NCBI GenBank assembly: GCA_965201075.1
Contig: CBDAVP010000004.1
Span: 124,001 to 188,000 of the forward strand
DNA length: 64,000 nt
Direction: 5' to 3'
DNA from: Isosphaeraceae bacterium
GTDB lineage: Bacteria > Planctomycetota > Planctomycetia > Isosphaerales > Isosphaeraceae
Part shown: positions 10,048 through 19,265 of the stretch, one piece after another
How the letters are laid out: each line of letters starts with the position of its first letter
Numbering within the stretch: position 1 is the first letter of the stretch
Translations under genes and position numbers: made by a program
Notes under the pieces: generated by a model
What the model saw: only the letters and a program-made list of their open reading frames with translations
What the model was told of the DNA's origin: nothing
Databases searched by the model: none

Positions 10048-13000
10048 ATGAGTGTTTTTGAGCGATCCGACGAGGAAGGCCGGCTGGCCGCGCTGGAACT
10101 TCATGGGGTCCTGGACACGGGGCCCGAGGCCGCCTTTGACGACCTGGCCCGGCTGGCCGCCCAGATTTGCGGGACGCCGATCTCGTTGATGAGCCTGGTC
10201 GGGCGGGACCATCAGTGGTTCAAAGCCCGGCTCGGGCTGGATGTGGACCAGACGCCCCGGGCCGTGTCGTTCTGCGACCATGCGATTCGCCAGTCCGGCG
10301 TTTTCCAGGTGACCGATGCTTCGGTCGATGAGCGGTTCGCCGCCAATCCCCTGGTCACGGGACCGCCCAACATTCGGTTCTACGCCGGGGCTCCGCTGGT
10401 CACTCCCGAGGGCCACGGCCTGGGGACACTCTGCGTCATCGACCATCGTCCTCGCGAGTTGACGCCCGAGCAGGTCGAGGCCCTGGCGGCGCTGGCCCGT
10501 CAGGTGATGGCCCAGTTGGAGTTGAGGCTCCGGGTAGGCGAACTCCATAAGGTGATCGACGAGGGGAACCGAACCGAGGAGGCGTTGCGACTCAGCGAGG
10601 CCGAGGCCCGGAAGCTCGCCCTGGTCGCCAGCCGAACCGACAACGCGGTGATCATCGCCGACGCCCAGGGCCGCATCGAGTGGGTCAACGAGGGGTTCAC
10701 CCGGATCACCGAATACTCGCCTGAGGAGGTGATCGGGCGAACTCCCGGCTCGTTCCTCCAGGGTCCGGAAACCGACCCGGCGACGGTGGTCCGGATGAAG
10801 GAGCATGTTGACCGCGGGGAGGGGTTCCACGCCGAGATTCTGAACTACTCGAAATCGGGGCGGAAGTACTGGCTGAACATTGAGGTGCGTCCGATCCACG
10901 ACGCTTCGGGCCGGCTCAGCCAGTTCATCGCCATCGAGAGCGACATCACCAAGCGCCGGGCGGCCGAGGCTCGGCTGAGGCTGCTGGAGGCCGCCGTCGA
11001 GCAAGCCAACGACGTGATCCTGATCACCGAGTCCGAGCCGATCGACCAGCCCGGCCCCCGGGTCGTCTACGTCAATCCGGCGTTTACCCGGGCCACCGGC
11101 TACGCTTCGGAGGAGATCGTCGGCCTGACACCGCGAATCTTGCACGGGCCGGGAACCGACCGCGAGAGTTTGGACGACCTGCGGCGACGACTGCGGAAGT
11201 GGAAGCCGATCCGGACCGAGTTGCTGAACTATCGCAAGGACGGGTCGGAGTTCTGGGTTGAACTGAACATCCGCCCGGTGGCCGACGCCTCGGGCTGGTA
11301 CACCCACTGGGTGTCAGTGCAGCGAGACATCACGGCGAGGAAGCATGCCGAGGCCGAGGAGCGTCGGCAGGCCGAGTCGGCCCTTCGCGAGAGTCGCGAG
11401 CAGATGCGGACGGTGGTCACCGCGGCGCCGATCATCCTGTTCGCCCTGGACGGCGGCGGTCGGTTCACGCTGGCCGAGGGGCGGGCCCTGGAGCAGGTTG
11501 GCGGCGGAATGGGTTCGTGGATTGGTCGGGACGCGGCGGAACTGCTGGGGGAGGAGCCCCAGGCCGCGGCGGACCTGCGGGAGGCGCTTCGCGGCGAGGC
11601 GGTCGAGTCGCTGGCGACCATCGGGGAGCGGACGTTCGACTGCCGCTACACGCCTCGCCTCGGCGCCGGGGGGCAGGCCGAGGGCTTGATCGGGGTGGCG
11701 GTCGACGTCACCGAGCGGGTCCTCTCCGAACGTCAGATTCACCTGCTCAACGCCCGACTGGAGCAGCGGTTGGGGCGACTGGACGCCCTGAGGCGGATCG
11801 ACCTGGCGATTTCCTCGAGCCTGGACCTGAGCTTGACGCTGGGGACCGTGCTGGACCAGGTGATCTCGGAGCTTCGGGTGGACGCGGCGGCGGTGCTGCT
11901 GACTGGCGTGCACGACCTGGGGCTGGAGTACGCCGCGGGGCGTGGCTTCCGGACGGGGGGGATGGCCGCGACCTCGCTGAGGCCGGGGGAAGGTTACGCC
12001 GGCTCGGCCGTCCTGGAGCAGCGGCGCGAGTCGGTGCCGGACCTGGCGGCCGCCAATCCCCCCTTCTGCCGGGAGTCGCTGGTGGCCGGCGAGGACTTCA
12101 CGACCTATTACGCCGTCCCCTTGGTGGCCAAGGGGCAGGTGCGGGGCGTCCTGGAGGTCTTCCACCGATCGCCCCTGAACCTCAGCGTTGAGTGCCTCGG
12201 CTTTCTCGACGCGCTGGCCGGTCAGGCGGCGATCGCCATCGACAACGCCAGCCTGTTCCGCGACTTGCAGCGTTCCCACGCCCAACTGGTGGCGGCCTAC
12301 GACGCGACCATCGGCGGGTGGGCCCGCGCCCTGGACCTGCGCGACAAGGAGACCGAGGGGCACTCTCGCCGCGTCACCGAGATGAGCGTGCGGCTGGCCC
12401 GGGCGATGGGCGTTGATGAGGCCGAGATCGTCCATATCCGCCGAGGGGCGCTGCTGCACGACATTGGGAAGCTGGCGATCCCCGACGCCATCCTGCTGAA
12501 GCCCGGCGGGCTCGACGAGGCCGAGTGGGAGGTGATGCGCCGCCACCCCCAGTACGCCTTCGAGTGGCTGGCGTCGATCCCGTTCCTCCGGCCGGCCCTG
12601 GACATCCCCCACGCCCACCACGAGAAGTGGGACGGGACGGGGTATCCCCGAGGCATTGCCGGCGAGCAGATTCCCCTGTCCGCGCGGATTTTCGCGGCGG
12701 TGGATGTGTGGGACGCCCTGCGTTCGGACCGTCCCTACCGACGGGGTTGGCCCGAGGCGAAGGTGATCGAGCACCTGCGGGGCCTTTCGGGCGGCCACCT
12801 GGAGCCGTCGGTGGTCGAGGCGTTCCTGAGCCTGCTGGCGGCCGACCGCGCCCTGGCGGCCGAGCCCCTCGCCCCGGTTCCCGAGACGCTGGAGATCCAG
12901 ATTCGTCGCGCCTCCGAGGCGATCCTCCAGTTGGAGGCCGAGCGTACCGAACTGGCGGAGGCCAATGCTCGGCTGACCGAACTGTCGCAGACCGACGAGC

Positions 13001-13497
13001 TGACCGGCCTGAAAAACCGCCGCAATTTCGCCGAGGCGTTGGAGTCGTCGTTCTCGCTGGCCTGTCGACGGGGCCGTCCGTTGTCCCTGATCCTGCTGGA
13101 TGTTGACCACTTCAAGAAGTACAACGACCAGTACGGCCACCAGACCGGGGACGATGTCCTGCGGTCGGTGGCGGCCCTGCTGATGGAATGCACCCGTCGC
13201 GAGGACCTCGTCACCCGTTACGGCGGCGAGGAGTTCATGATCTTGATGCCCGACGCCGACGTGTCCGCCAGCCGGGAAGCCGCCGAACGGATCCGCGCCG
13301 CCTTCGCCGAGCGAGCCTGGCCCAAGGCGCAGGTTTCGGCCAGCCTGGGAGTCGCGACCTCCGACGACGAGACCCTGGGAGCCAGCGACCTGGTCGACGA
13401 GGCGGACGCGGCCCTGTACCAGTCCAAGCGAGGCGGTCGGAACCGGGTCACCCATCACCGAGACTCACGATACGCCGGGGTGGCCCACTGCGCCTGA
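10048..13497 (+). CDS. GAF-PAS-PAS-PAS-GAF-HD-GYP-GGDEF c-di-GMP turnover protein
   Basis: GAF (SFCDHAI, IRFYAGAPL); PAS/PAC repeats (NYSKSGRKYW, NYRKDGSEFW); HD-GYP (LLHDIGK, HHEKWDGTGYP); GGDEF (DVDHFKKYND, RYGGEEF) with RxxD I-site RRED. Confidence 0.95.
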   Translation: MSVFERSDEEGRLAALELHGVLDTGPEAAFDDLARLAAQICGTPISLMSLVGRDHQWFKARLGLDVDQTPRAVSFCDHAIRQSGVFQVTDASVDERFAANPLVTGPPNIRFYAGAPLVTPEGHGLGTLCVIDHRPRELTPEQVEALAALARQVMAQLELRLRVGELHKVIDEGNRTEEALRLSEAEARKLALVASRTDNAVIIADAQGRIEWVNEGFTRITEYSPEEVIGRTPGSFLQGPETDPATVVRMKEHVDRGEGFHAEILNYSKSGRKYWLNIEVRPIHDASGRLSQFIAIESDITKRRAAEARLRLLEAAVEQANDVILITESEPIDQPGPRVVYVNPAFTRATGYASEEIVGLTPRILHGPGTDRESLDDLRRRLRKWKPIRTELLNYRKDGSEFWVELNIRPVADASGWYTHWVSVQRDITARKHAEAEERRQAESALRESREQMRTVVTAAPIILFALDGGGRFTLAEGRALEQVGGGMGSWIGRDAAELLGEEPQAAADLREALRGEAVESLATIGERTFDCRYTPRLGAGGQAEGLIGVAVDVTERVLSERQIHLLNARLEQRLGRLDALRRIDLAISSSLDLSLTLGTVLDQVISELRVDAAAVLLTGVHDLGLEYAAGRGFRTGGMAATSLRPGEGYAGSAVLEQRRESVPDLAAANPPFCRESLVAGEDFTTYYAVPLVAKGQVRGVLEVFHRSPLNLSVECLGFLDALAGQAAIAIDNASLFRDLQRSHAQLVAAYDATIGGWARALDLRDKETEGHSRRVTEMSVRLARAMGVDEAEIVHIRRGALLHDIGKLAIPDAILLKPGGLDEAEWEVMRRHPQYAFEWLASIPFLRPALDIPHAHHEKWDGTGYPRGIAGEQIPLSARIFAAVDVWDALRSDRPYRRGWPEAKVIEHLRGLSGGHLEPSVVEAFLSLLAADRALAAEPLAPVPETLEIQIRRASEAILQLEAERTELAEANARLTELSQTDELTGLKNRRNFAEALESSFSLACRRGRPLSLILLDVDHFKKYNDQYGHQTGDDVLRSVAALLMECTRREDLVTRYGGEEFMILMPDADVSASREAAERIRAAFAERAWPKAQVSASLGVATSDDETLGASDLVDEADAALYQSKRGGRNRVTHHRDSRYAGVAHCA

Positions 13498-13520
13498 AGG
13501 CCGTTTCCCGTCTTGATCGG

Positions 13521-13533
13521 TGTAAGCCTTACA
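13521..13533. promoter_or_regulatory. palindromic candidate operator TGTAAG-C-CTTACA upstream of csrA
   Basis: Perfect 6-bp inverted repeat; a TTGACA hexamer lies at 13557-13562 but has no clear -10 box. Confidence 0.35.
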
Positions 13534-13728
13534 AACCTCGGTGGCCGTCCAATGCCTTGACAGGCGACCATTCTTGCCGAACTCCTTTCGGGGCCGGGAC
13601 TTTTGGTCCGATCCGGCGGAGGGTTGGCGCGAGGCTGGATCCCTCGGCACGGCAGATGCACTGGGTTTCCCTCAAGTCGGCTCGACGTCGTGTCGACTTC
13701 CGCCCGGTGCTCTCAAGGAGGAAGAGCC

Positions 13729-13920
13729 ATGCTAGTCCTGAGCAGGAAGCTCGGTCAGGGGTTTCGGATTGGCCCCGATATCCTGGTGACGATCGTCAAG
13801 GTAGATCGTCATTCGGTCCGCATCGGCATTGAGGCCCCGCCCGAGGTGTCGGTCTGCCGGGAAGAGTTGGCCCCCCTGGGGCTGGAACTCACGCTCCCAG
13901 TCCGATCCGAGGCGGCCTGA
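13729..13920 (+). CDS. csrA: carbon storage regulator CsrA family
   Basis: MLVLSRKLGQGFRIGPDILVTIVKVDRHSVRIGIEAPPEVSVCREEL; AAGGAGG Shine-Dalgarno upstream. Confidence 0.92.
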   Translation: MLVLSRKLGQGFRIGPDILVTIVKVDRHSVRIGIEAPPEVSVCREELAPLGLELTLPVRSEAA

Positions 13921-13981
13921 GTGGCATGCGGGAGGTAGCGGCGCGGCCGGGCGTTGGCGTGTGGATGCGTTTGATTTTGGA

Positions 13982-14494
13982 ATGGCGACGGGGTCCGGTC
14001 GAGCGATATTCTGGGGGAGACCGCACGATTTCGAGGACTTCGCGATGCCCGGACCCTGCCGACGATCGGTTGTTGGTGGTTTGTTCGCGGTCCTGGGCCG
14101 GTTCTTGCTGGTGTCCGCGTGCACGTTCACGGGACTGGTCGTGGGCGTGGGTTATGAGCTTCAGCGGGCGGCCTTGCTTGCCTCCCCTCCTTCCCGAGCG
14201 ACCCTGGGGATGGAATCGTCGGGTCTGGTGGACGCCCTCGCACTGATGATGGACCTACTGATTGGGGCGGCCGGTGGGACGTTGCTCGGCCTGCTGGTGG
14301 GGATCGTCGCGATGGTGGCCGGCGACGGGCGGGGGGCGGAGGGGCGCCACCGAAGGCCGGTCGCGAGGGTTGAGCATCTCGGCGTGCCCGGGCGTATCCG
14401 TCGGATCGCGCCGGACTGGTGGGTGGGCGGCGCGGCCTTCGGATCGTTAAGATGTGCTTCGGGGATGACGCGGGCGGGGAGAGGCCTGGGATGA
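13982..14494 (+). CDS. hypothetical membrane protein
   Basis: Two hydrophobic segments (FLLVSACTFTGLVVGVGY; LLIGAAGGTLLGLLVGIVAMVAG); stop overlaps the next ATG (ATGA 14491-14494); start uncertain. Confidence 0.4.
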   Translation: MATGSGRAIFWGRPHDFEDFAMPGPCRRSVVGGLFAVLGRFLLVSACTFTGLVVGVGYELQRAALLASPPSRATLGMESSGLVDALALMMDLLIGAAGGTLLGLLVGIVAMVAGDGRGAEGRHRRPVARVEHLGVPGRIRRIAPDWWVGGAAFGSLRCASGMTRAGRGLG

Positions 14495-15756
14495 CGACGG
14501 AGCGCCAGGTCCGGCCGGAGGCCGGCGGTGGGGTGGTCGAGGAGATCGAGGTTCGCGGGCACATTGTCGACTCGCTGCTGCTGCCCAAGATTCTTGACCG
14601 CATCCTCCAGATGGGCGGGACGTTCGAGATCCGCGAGTGCACCATCGGCGCTCGACGGGTCGACCCGAGTTACGCGCGGATCGCCGTGCGCGCCTCGGAC
14701 GCCGCGGGGCTGGATGAGATCCTGGGCGACCTGGTCGAGCATGGGGCCTCGGCGGTTCACCCCGAGGACGCCCGCGTTGTCGACGCCGACATCGCCGGGG
14801 CGTTCCCCGAGGGGTTTTACAGCACCACCAACCAGCGGACCGAGGTGCGGCTGGGGGGACGGTGGGTCGAGGTGGCCGACCAGGAGATGGATTGCGGGCT
14901 GGCGGTGGATGCCGGGGCAAAGACGGCCCGCTGCGTGGCGATGACCGAGGTGAAGGTCGGTCAGCCGATCGTGGTGGGTTATGATGGGGTGCGCGTGATT
15001 CCGGCGGAGCGGCCCCGAGAGGCCAGCCCGTTCGGATTCATGAGCAGCGGGATTTCCAGCGAGAAGCCCAAGGCGGTGAGCCTCGCGGCGGTGGCCGGGT
15101 CGATCCGGTCGACGCGGGCGTCCGGCCAGAAGGTGCTGTTCGTCGGAGGTCCGGCGATTGTCCATACCGGGTCGGCGCCTCACGTCGCGGCCTTGATCCG
15201 TGGGGGATGGATTCAAACGCTGTTCGCTGGCAATGCCCTGGCCACTCACGACATTGAGCAGGCCCTCTACGGCACGAGCCTGGGGGTGTCAATGACTCAT
15301 GGAGAGGCTCTGGAGCATGGCCACGAGCATCACCTGCGGGCGATCAACACCATCCGCCGGCTGGGAGGAATCGCCAAGGCGGTCGAGGCGGGGGTTTTGA
15401 ACTCGGGGATCATGTACGAGTGCATCAAGGCGGGGGTCGAGGTCGTGCTGGGCGGTTCGGTCCGCGACGATGGCCCCTTGCCCGAGGTGTTTACCGACAC
15501 CTTGCAAGCTCAGGCGAAGATGCGCGGGGCCGTGAAGGGGGTGGGATTCGCCCTTTTGATCGCCACGGCGTTGCACTCGATCGCCACGGGGAATTTGCTG
15601 CCGGCCTGGGTCAAGGCGGTTTGCGTCGACATCAACCCGGCGACCTTGACCAAGCTGGCCGACCGCGGCTCGTTCCAGACGATTGGCCTGGTGACCGACG
15701 TCGAACCGTTTCTGCGCAGCCTGGCGGCGGAGTTGGTTGGCGAGGGTGACTCCTGA
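14491..15756 (+). CDS. TIGR00300 family / LOR-SDH-like ornithine cyclodeaminase (AgrE/ArgZ C-terminal-like)
   Basis: GHIVDSLLL, PEGFYSTTN, QEMDC, FGFMSSGISSEKPK, GPAIVHTG, GNALATHDIE, GSVRDDGPLP, LHSIATGN, KLADRGS. Confidence 0.88.
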   Translation: MTTERQVRPEAGGGVVEEIEVRGHIVDSLLLPKILDRILQMGGTFEIRECTIGARRVDPSYARIAVRASDAAGLDEILGDLVEHGASAVHPEDARVVDADIAGAFPEGFYSTTNQRTEVRLGGRWVEVADQEMDCGLAVDAGAKTARCVAMTEVKVGQPIVVGYDGVRVIPAERPREASPFGFMSSGISSEKPKAVSLAAVAGSIRSTRASGQKVLFVGGPAIVHTGSAPHVAALIRGGWIQTLFAGNALATHDIEQALYGTSLGVSMTHGEALEHGHEHHLRAINTIRRLGGIAKAVEAGVLNSGIMYECIKAGVEVVLGGSVRDDGPLPEVFTDTLQAQAKMRGAVKGVGFALLIATALHSIATGNLLPAWVKAVCVDINPATLTKLADRGSFQTIGLVTDVEPFLRSLAAELVGEGDS

Positions 15757-15793
15757 CCGACACCGAACGAACGCGGGAGGAGTTTTCGCCGCC

Positions 15794-16693
15794 ATGTGCA
15801 GCCCCGACACCCCTCGCATCTTGATGTGCCCGCCGGATTTCTATGGGATCGAGTACGAGATCAACCCGTGGATGGATCGGAAGGTGGGCAGCGACCCGGC
15901 CGAGGCGCGTCGTCAGTGGCAGGCCCTTCATGACACGTTGGTGGGTTTGGGAGGGACGGTCGAACTGATGGAGCCAGTGGCGGGACTGCCGGATCTGGTC
16001 TTTACGGCGAATTCGGGACTCATCCTGGGCGAACTGTTCCTCAGTTCGCGGTTTCGCCACGGGGTCCGACAGGGAGAGACGCCGCACTATGACGCCTGGT
16101 TCGCGTCGAGAGGGTTCCGGGTGGAGACCCTGCCGCCGAACCTGTACTTCGAGGGGGCCGGCGACGCCCTGTTCTGCGGAGAAACGCTGTTTGGCGGCTA
16201 TCGGTTCCGCTCCGACGCTCGCAGCCACCTGTGGATTGGCGAGCGGCTGGGCGTTGCGGTTTTGCCCTTGGAGCTGGTCGACCCGCGGTTTTACCACCTG
16301 GATACTTGCTTCTGCCCCCTGGACGCGGGCGCCGCAGTGTACTACCCCGGGGCGTTCGATGATTATGGGCGGTCGGTGCTGCGGGATCAGATTCCGACCT
16401 TGATCGAGGTGTCGGCCGAGGAGGCGGTGTCGTTCAGTTGCAACGCGGTGGTGGTAGGCCGATCGGTAGCGCTGAACGTGGGTGCGCCGAAGCTGGCGAA
16501 GTCGCTCCAGGAGGCGGGGTTCGTGGTCCATCCGCTGCTGCTGACGGAATTCATCAAGGCGGGGGGGTCGGCCAAGTGCCTGACGTTCCGCGTCGATGGC
16601 GAGGAGGCCGCCCCCTGGCGGAAGGTCTCTGAATCTTCGCCATTTGAAGCGGAGAAAGGAGGACGGATCGAATCAGGCCCCCGCTCGCGGTAG
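15794..16693 (+). CDS. amidinotransferase/DDAH superfamily protein, arginine dihydrolase (ArgZ N-terminal domain)-like
   Basis: ILMCPPDFYGIEYEINPWM, PDLVFTAN, FEGAGD, FYHLDTCFCPL, EFIKAGGSAKCLT (Glu/His/Cys catalytic set). Confidence 0.9.
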   Translation: MCSPDTPRILMCPPDFYGIEYEINPWMDRKVGSDPAEARRQWQALHDTLVGLGGTVELMEPVAGLPDLVFTANSGLILGELFLSSRFRHGVRQGETPHYDAWFASRGFRVETLPPNLYFEGAGDALFCGETLFGGYRFRSDARSHLWIGERLGVAVLPLELVDPRFYHLDTCFCPLDAGAAVYYPGAFDDYGRSVLRDQIPTLIEVSAEEAVSFSCNAVVVGRSVALNVGAPKLAKSLQEAGFVVHPLLLTEFIKAGGSAKCLTFRVDGEEAAPWRKVSESSPFEAEKGGRIESGPRSR

Positions 16694-17500
16694 GGGCGAG
16701 TTTTGCTGGTAGTGCTTCAAAATTCGTTCGATGATCTGCTCGGCCGACAGTGGATTCGGCAGGTTGCCTTCGCGGGTGGCCCACGGCCTGCCGGGATGAA
16801 GCGTGTCCCACGGTGATCGCGTGTTGGCTCGCGTCGTGGGTGCGTCGCCGTGCTTTCCAAAACCATAACAAATGCCGACCTCATCATTCCAGATCGGCTT
16901 GAACCGTCCGATCAGGTAGTCTTCCGCCGTTCGCTGCCAGGCGCTACGGACAACCAGATACCGGCATTCGAAATCCAAGAGCTGGATGAACGGTTCGACG
17001 TCCGTCGCCCTGGCGTGTTTTTCCGCCTGCCGGACGCTCCGGGCATGGTCGTTGTTCAGACGCCCGTAGAGCCGTTCTCCCTGTTCGATTGGGGTGCGAG
17101 CATCGAGTGTCGCAGGATCGGCTTTGCCGACGTAGATCGGCGTGTTCGAGCCGCAGATCGGCTGGTACGCCGGGAAATCACCGATGTAATAAATCGCATA
17201 GACACCCGAGCCGTAGAAGCGTGGCGTGGAACCGAGTGGGCCGCGCGGCTGCTCCAGCATTGTGTCCCCGATGAGTTTGCCGACGATCTCGGGATTGGCG
17301 GGGTCGAAAATGAGGCCAGGCAGCCGTACCGGATCCAGACCGGACGCCGCTTGCTCAAGCCGAAGGATCGTTTCTCCAATCAGGGCGCGCAATTGCCTTC
17401 GGCGTGGCGGATTGATCGCGGAAATGTCGGCCGCGGCCATGTCTTCCGGCAGGACGTCGAGAAGAGCCCGCAAGGCATCGGCGACTGCGGCGGCATCCAT
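16673..17500 (-). CDS. Eco29kI-family (GIY-YIG) type II restriction endonuclease
   Basis: FYGSGVYAIYY, PIYVGKA, RLNNDH, AEDYLI, PIWN, GFGKH, SPWDTLHPGRPWA; ATG 17500 lies just after the MTase stop. Confidence 0.9.
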   Translation of the reverse strand: MDAAAVADALRALLDVLPEDMAAADISAINPPRRRQLRALIGETILRLEQAASGLDPVRLPGLIFDPANPEIVGKLIGDTMLEQPRGPLGSTPRFYGSGVYAIYYIGDFPAYQPICGSNTPIYVGKADPATLDARTPIEQGERLYGRLNNDHARSVRQAEKHARATDVEPFIQLLDFECRYLVVRSAWQRTAEDYLIGRFKPIWNDEVGICYGFGKHGDAPTTRANTRSPWDTLHPGRPWATREGNLPNPLSAEQIIERILKHYQQNSPLPRAGA

Positions 17501-17501
17501 G

Positions 17502-18665
17502 TCAGCTCCCCTTCTGGAGTCGGGCATGAATCCCTTCAGCGATGACCTGGCCGAGCGTTACCGGGACAGCGTTTCCGAGTTGCCGCATGCTCTCGGTCCA
17601 CGAGCCGAAAAACCCGTATTCGTCAGGGAAGGTTTGCAGTCTCGCCGATTCGCGGACGGTGAAGTACCGCACCCGGCCATTGTCGAACGCCACCATGTTT
17701 TCGCCGCCCGGCACGCCGTGGTCACCAGCCTTCAGCGTTTTCGCTGGCTCATCGAGGGGACTGCCTGTGTGGCCAGGATAGGACCTAGCGCCGGACACCA
17801 GTCGGTGGTTCAGGAATTCGCCGTCAACGGCGGGGCCTTCGGGATCGGGCAGGCCCACCAGGGCGTCACGCACCGTAAGCCAGGGCTTGGTCAGCGGCCT
17901 GAGCAATTTAAGGTCAATTCGATCCTTGACCCGAGGCGAGACCGTGGGACGCCTCGTCAATGGGACGCGATGCCGGTCCCAATATTCGCCGGTGATCCAT
18001 TTATCGAACAACAGCGATTCCTCGGAATGCGTCTCCTCGGGAAACGACCATTCCAGATCGAGGTCGGAGCGGAAAGCCACGATGATGACCCGCTCCCGCC
18101 GTTGGGGCACGCCGTAATGGGCGGCGTTGAGTAGCCGAAACACGGGGCGATAGGACAGGCCGTCATGCCGGCCGCGGGTATGGTGCCGCTCCAGTCGAGA
18201 CAGGTGCGAAACCCACTCCTCGCCCGGTTTGTGCTCGAGTTCCGGGTGAGAAATTTGTAGAAGCACATATTCAAAATACTTGGCGAAGGATTCCCGGAGC
18301 AATCCCTTCACGTTCTCGAACATGACCACCTTTGGCTTCAATTCGCGGACGGCACGAACGGCTTCGGGAAACATGTTCCGCGTGTCGTCATATCCGAGAT
18401 GCTTGCCGCCGATCGAGAAGGGCTGGCAAGGAGGGCCGCCCGCGAGGAGGTCGAGACCGTTGCCGTGGGTGGAATAGTTGAAGCACCGAACGTCCCCCTG
18501 GAACAATGGCCAGTCGATCACGCCGCGTTGGTTGTTGTGCCGGATGGTGCCGCACGCATTCCCGTCCCACTCAACCACCGCCTCATGCCGAAACCCGGCC
18601 CTAGCGATGCCAAGGGCGAGGCCACCGGCTCCCGCGAATAATTCCAACGAACGCATCGGCATCAT
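17502..18665 (-). CDS. DNA (cytosine-5)-methyltransferase
   Basis: Motifs I ELFAGAGG, IV GGPPCQPFS, VI ENVKG, VIII QRRERV, X QLGNAV; target-recognition segment SYPGHTGS...KAGDHGVPGGEN; ATGA overlap with vsr. Confidence 0.95.
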   Translation of the reverse strand: MMPMRSLELFAGAGGLALGIARAGFRHEAVVEWDGNACGTIRHNNQRGVIDWPLFQGDVRCFNYSTHGNGLDLLAGGPPCQPFSIGGKHLGYDDTRNMFPEAVRAVRELKPKVVMFENVKGLLRESFAKYFEYVLLQISHPELEHKPGEEWVSHLSRLERHHTRGRHDGLSYRPVFRLLNAAHYGVPQRRERVIIVAFRSDLDLEWSFPEETHSEESLLFDKWITGEYWDRHRVPLTRRPTVSPRVKDRIDLKLLRPLTKPWLTVRDALVGLPDPEGPAVDGEFLNHRLVSGARSYPGHTGSPLDEPAKTLKAGDHGVPGGENMVAFDNGRVRYFTVRESARLQTFPDEYGFFGSWTESMRQLGNAVPVTLGQVIAEGIHARLQKGS

Positions 18666-19069
18666 CCCAGAAAATCGCGAATTCGACGAGCGAGGCCGTC
18701 GAGATCCTTGAGTTGACATTCCCAGATCATCAAAAAATCCCAGCCAATCGCTCGCAACGCGGCCTGTTTTTCAGAGTCGCGTTGCTCGTTCCTTTCTAGT
18801 TTCGGTCGCCAGAACTCAAGTCTGGACTTTGGCATTCGGGTCAGCGGGCAACTTTCGCCGTGTCGATGCCAGAAACACCCGTGAACGAAGATGACCTTGC
18901 GGCGGCTTTTAAAGACCAAATCCGGTTTGCCCGGAAGGGTTTGTTCGTGCAGTCTGTAGCGATAGCCCAGGGAATGCACTAGGCGACGGACGATCATCTC
19001 CGGTTTTGTGTCCTTGTCGCGAATGAGCGACATCCGCTTGCTACGTTCCTCCGATGTCAAACTGTCCAT
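18662..19069 (-). CDS. vsr: very short patch repair endonuclease
   Basis: MDSLTSEERSKRMSLIRDKDTKPEMIVR, LPGKPDLV, FVHGCFWHRH, IWEC. Confidence 0.95.
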   Translation of the reverse strand: MDSLTSEERSKRMSLIRDKDTKPEMIVRRLVHSLGYRYRLHEQTLPGKPDLVFKSRRKVIFVHGCFWHRHGESCPLTRMPKSRLEFWRPKLERNEQRDSEKQAALRAIGWDFLMIWECQLKDLDGLARRIRDFLG

Positions 19070-19265
19070 GATGGATCTCCCAGGTTGCCCTAATCTCCGG
19101 CGTGAAGCAACCCACTCGTTCACTCGCGTTCACCTGCCCCGCCCCAACCGTGACCTTCAATCGACCCTCACGGAGGATATAGGCGGACGGCCGGTCCCTT
19201 GCGAGGCTTCGGGAGGTCGGCTAGATTCGGGCGTTGAGGCCCCGTCCCGAGGAATTGCCCGCATC

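Noticed and set aside
10600..11340. LOV photoreceptor domains in the c-di-GMP protein
   Set aside because: The PAS domains are LOV-like but lack the GRNCRFLQ cysteine (they read GRTPGSFLQ and GLTPRILH).
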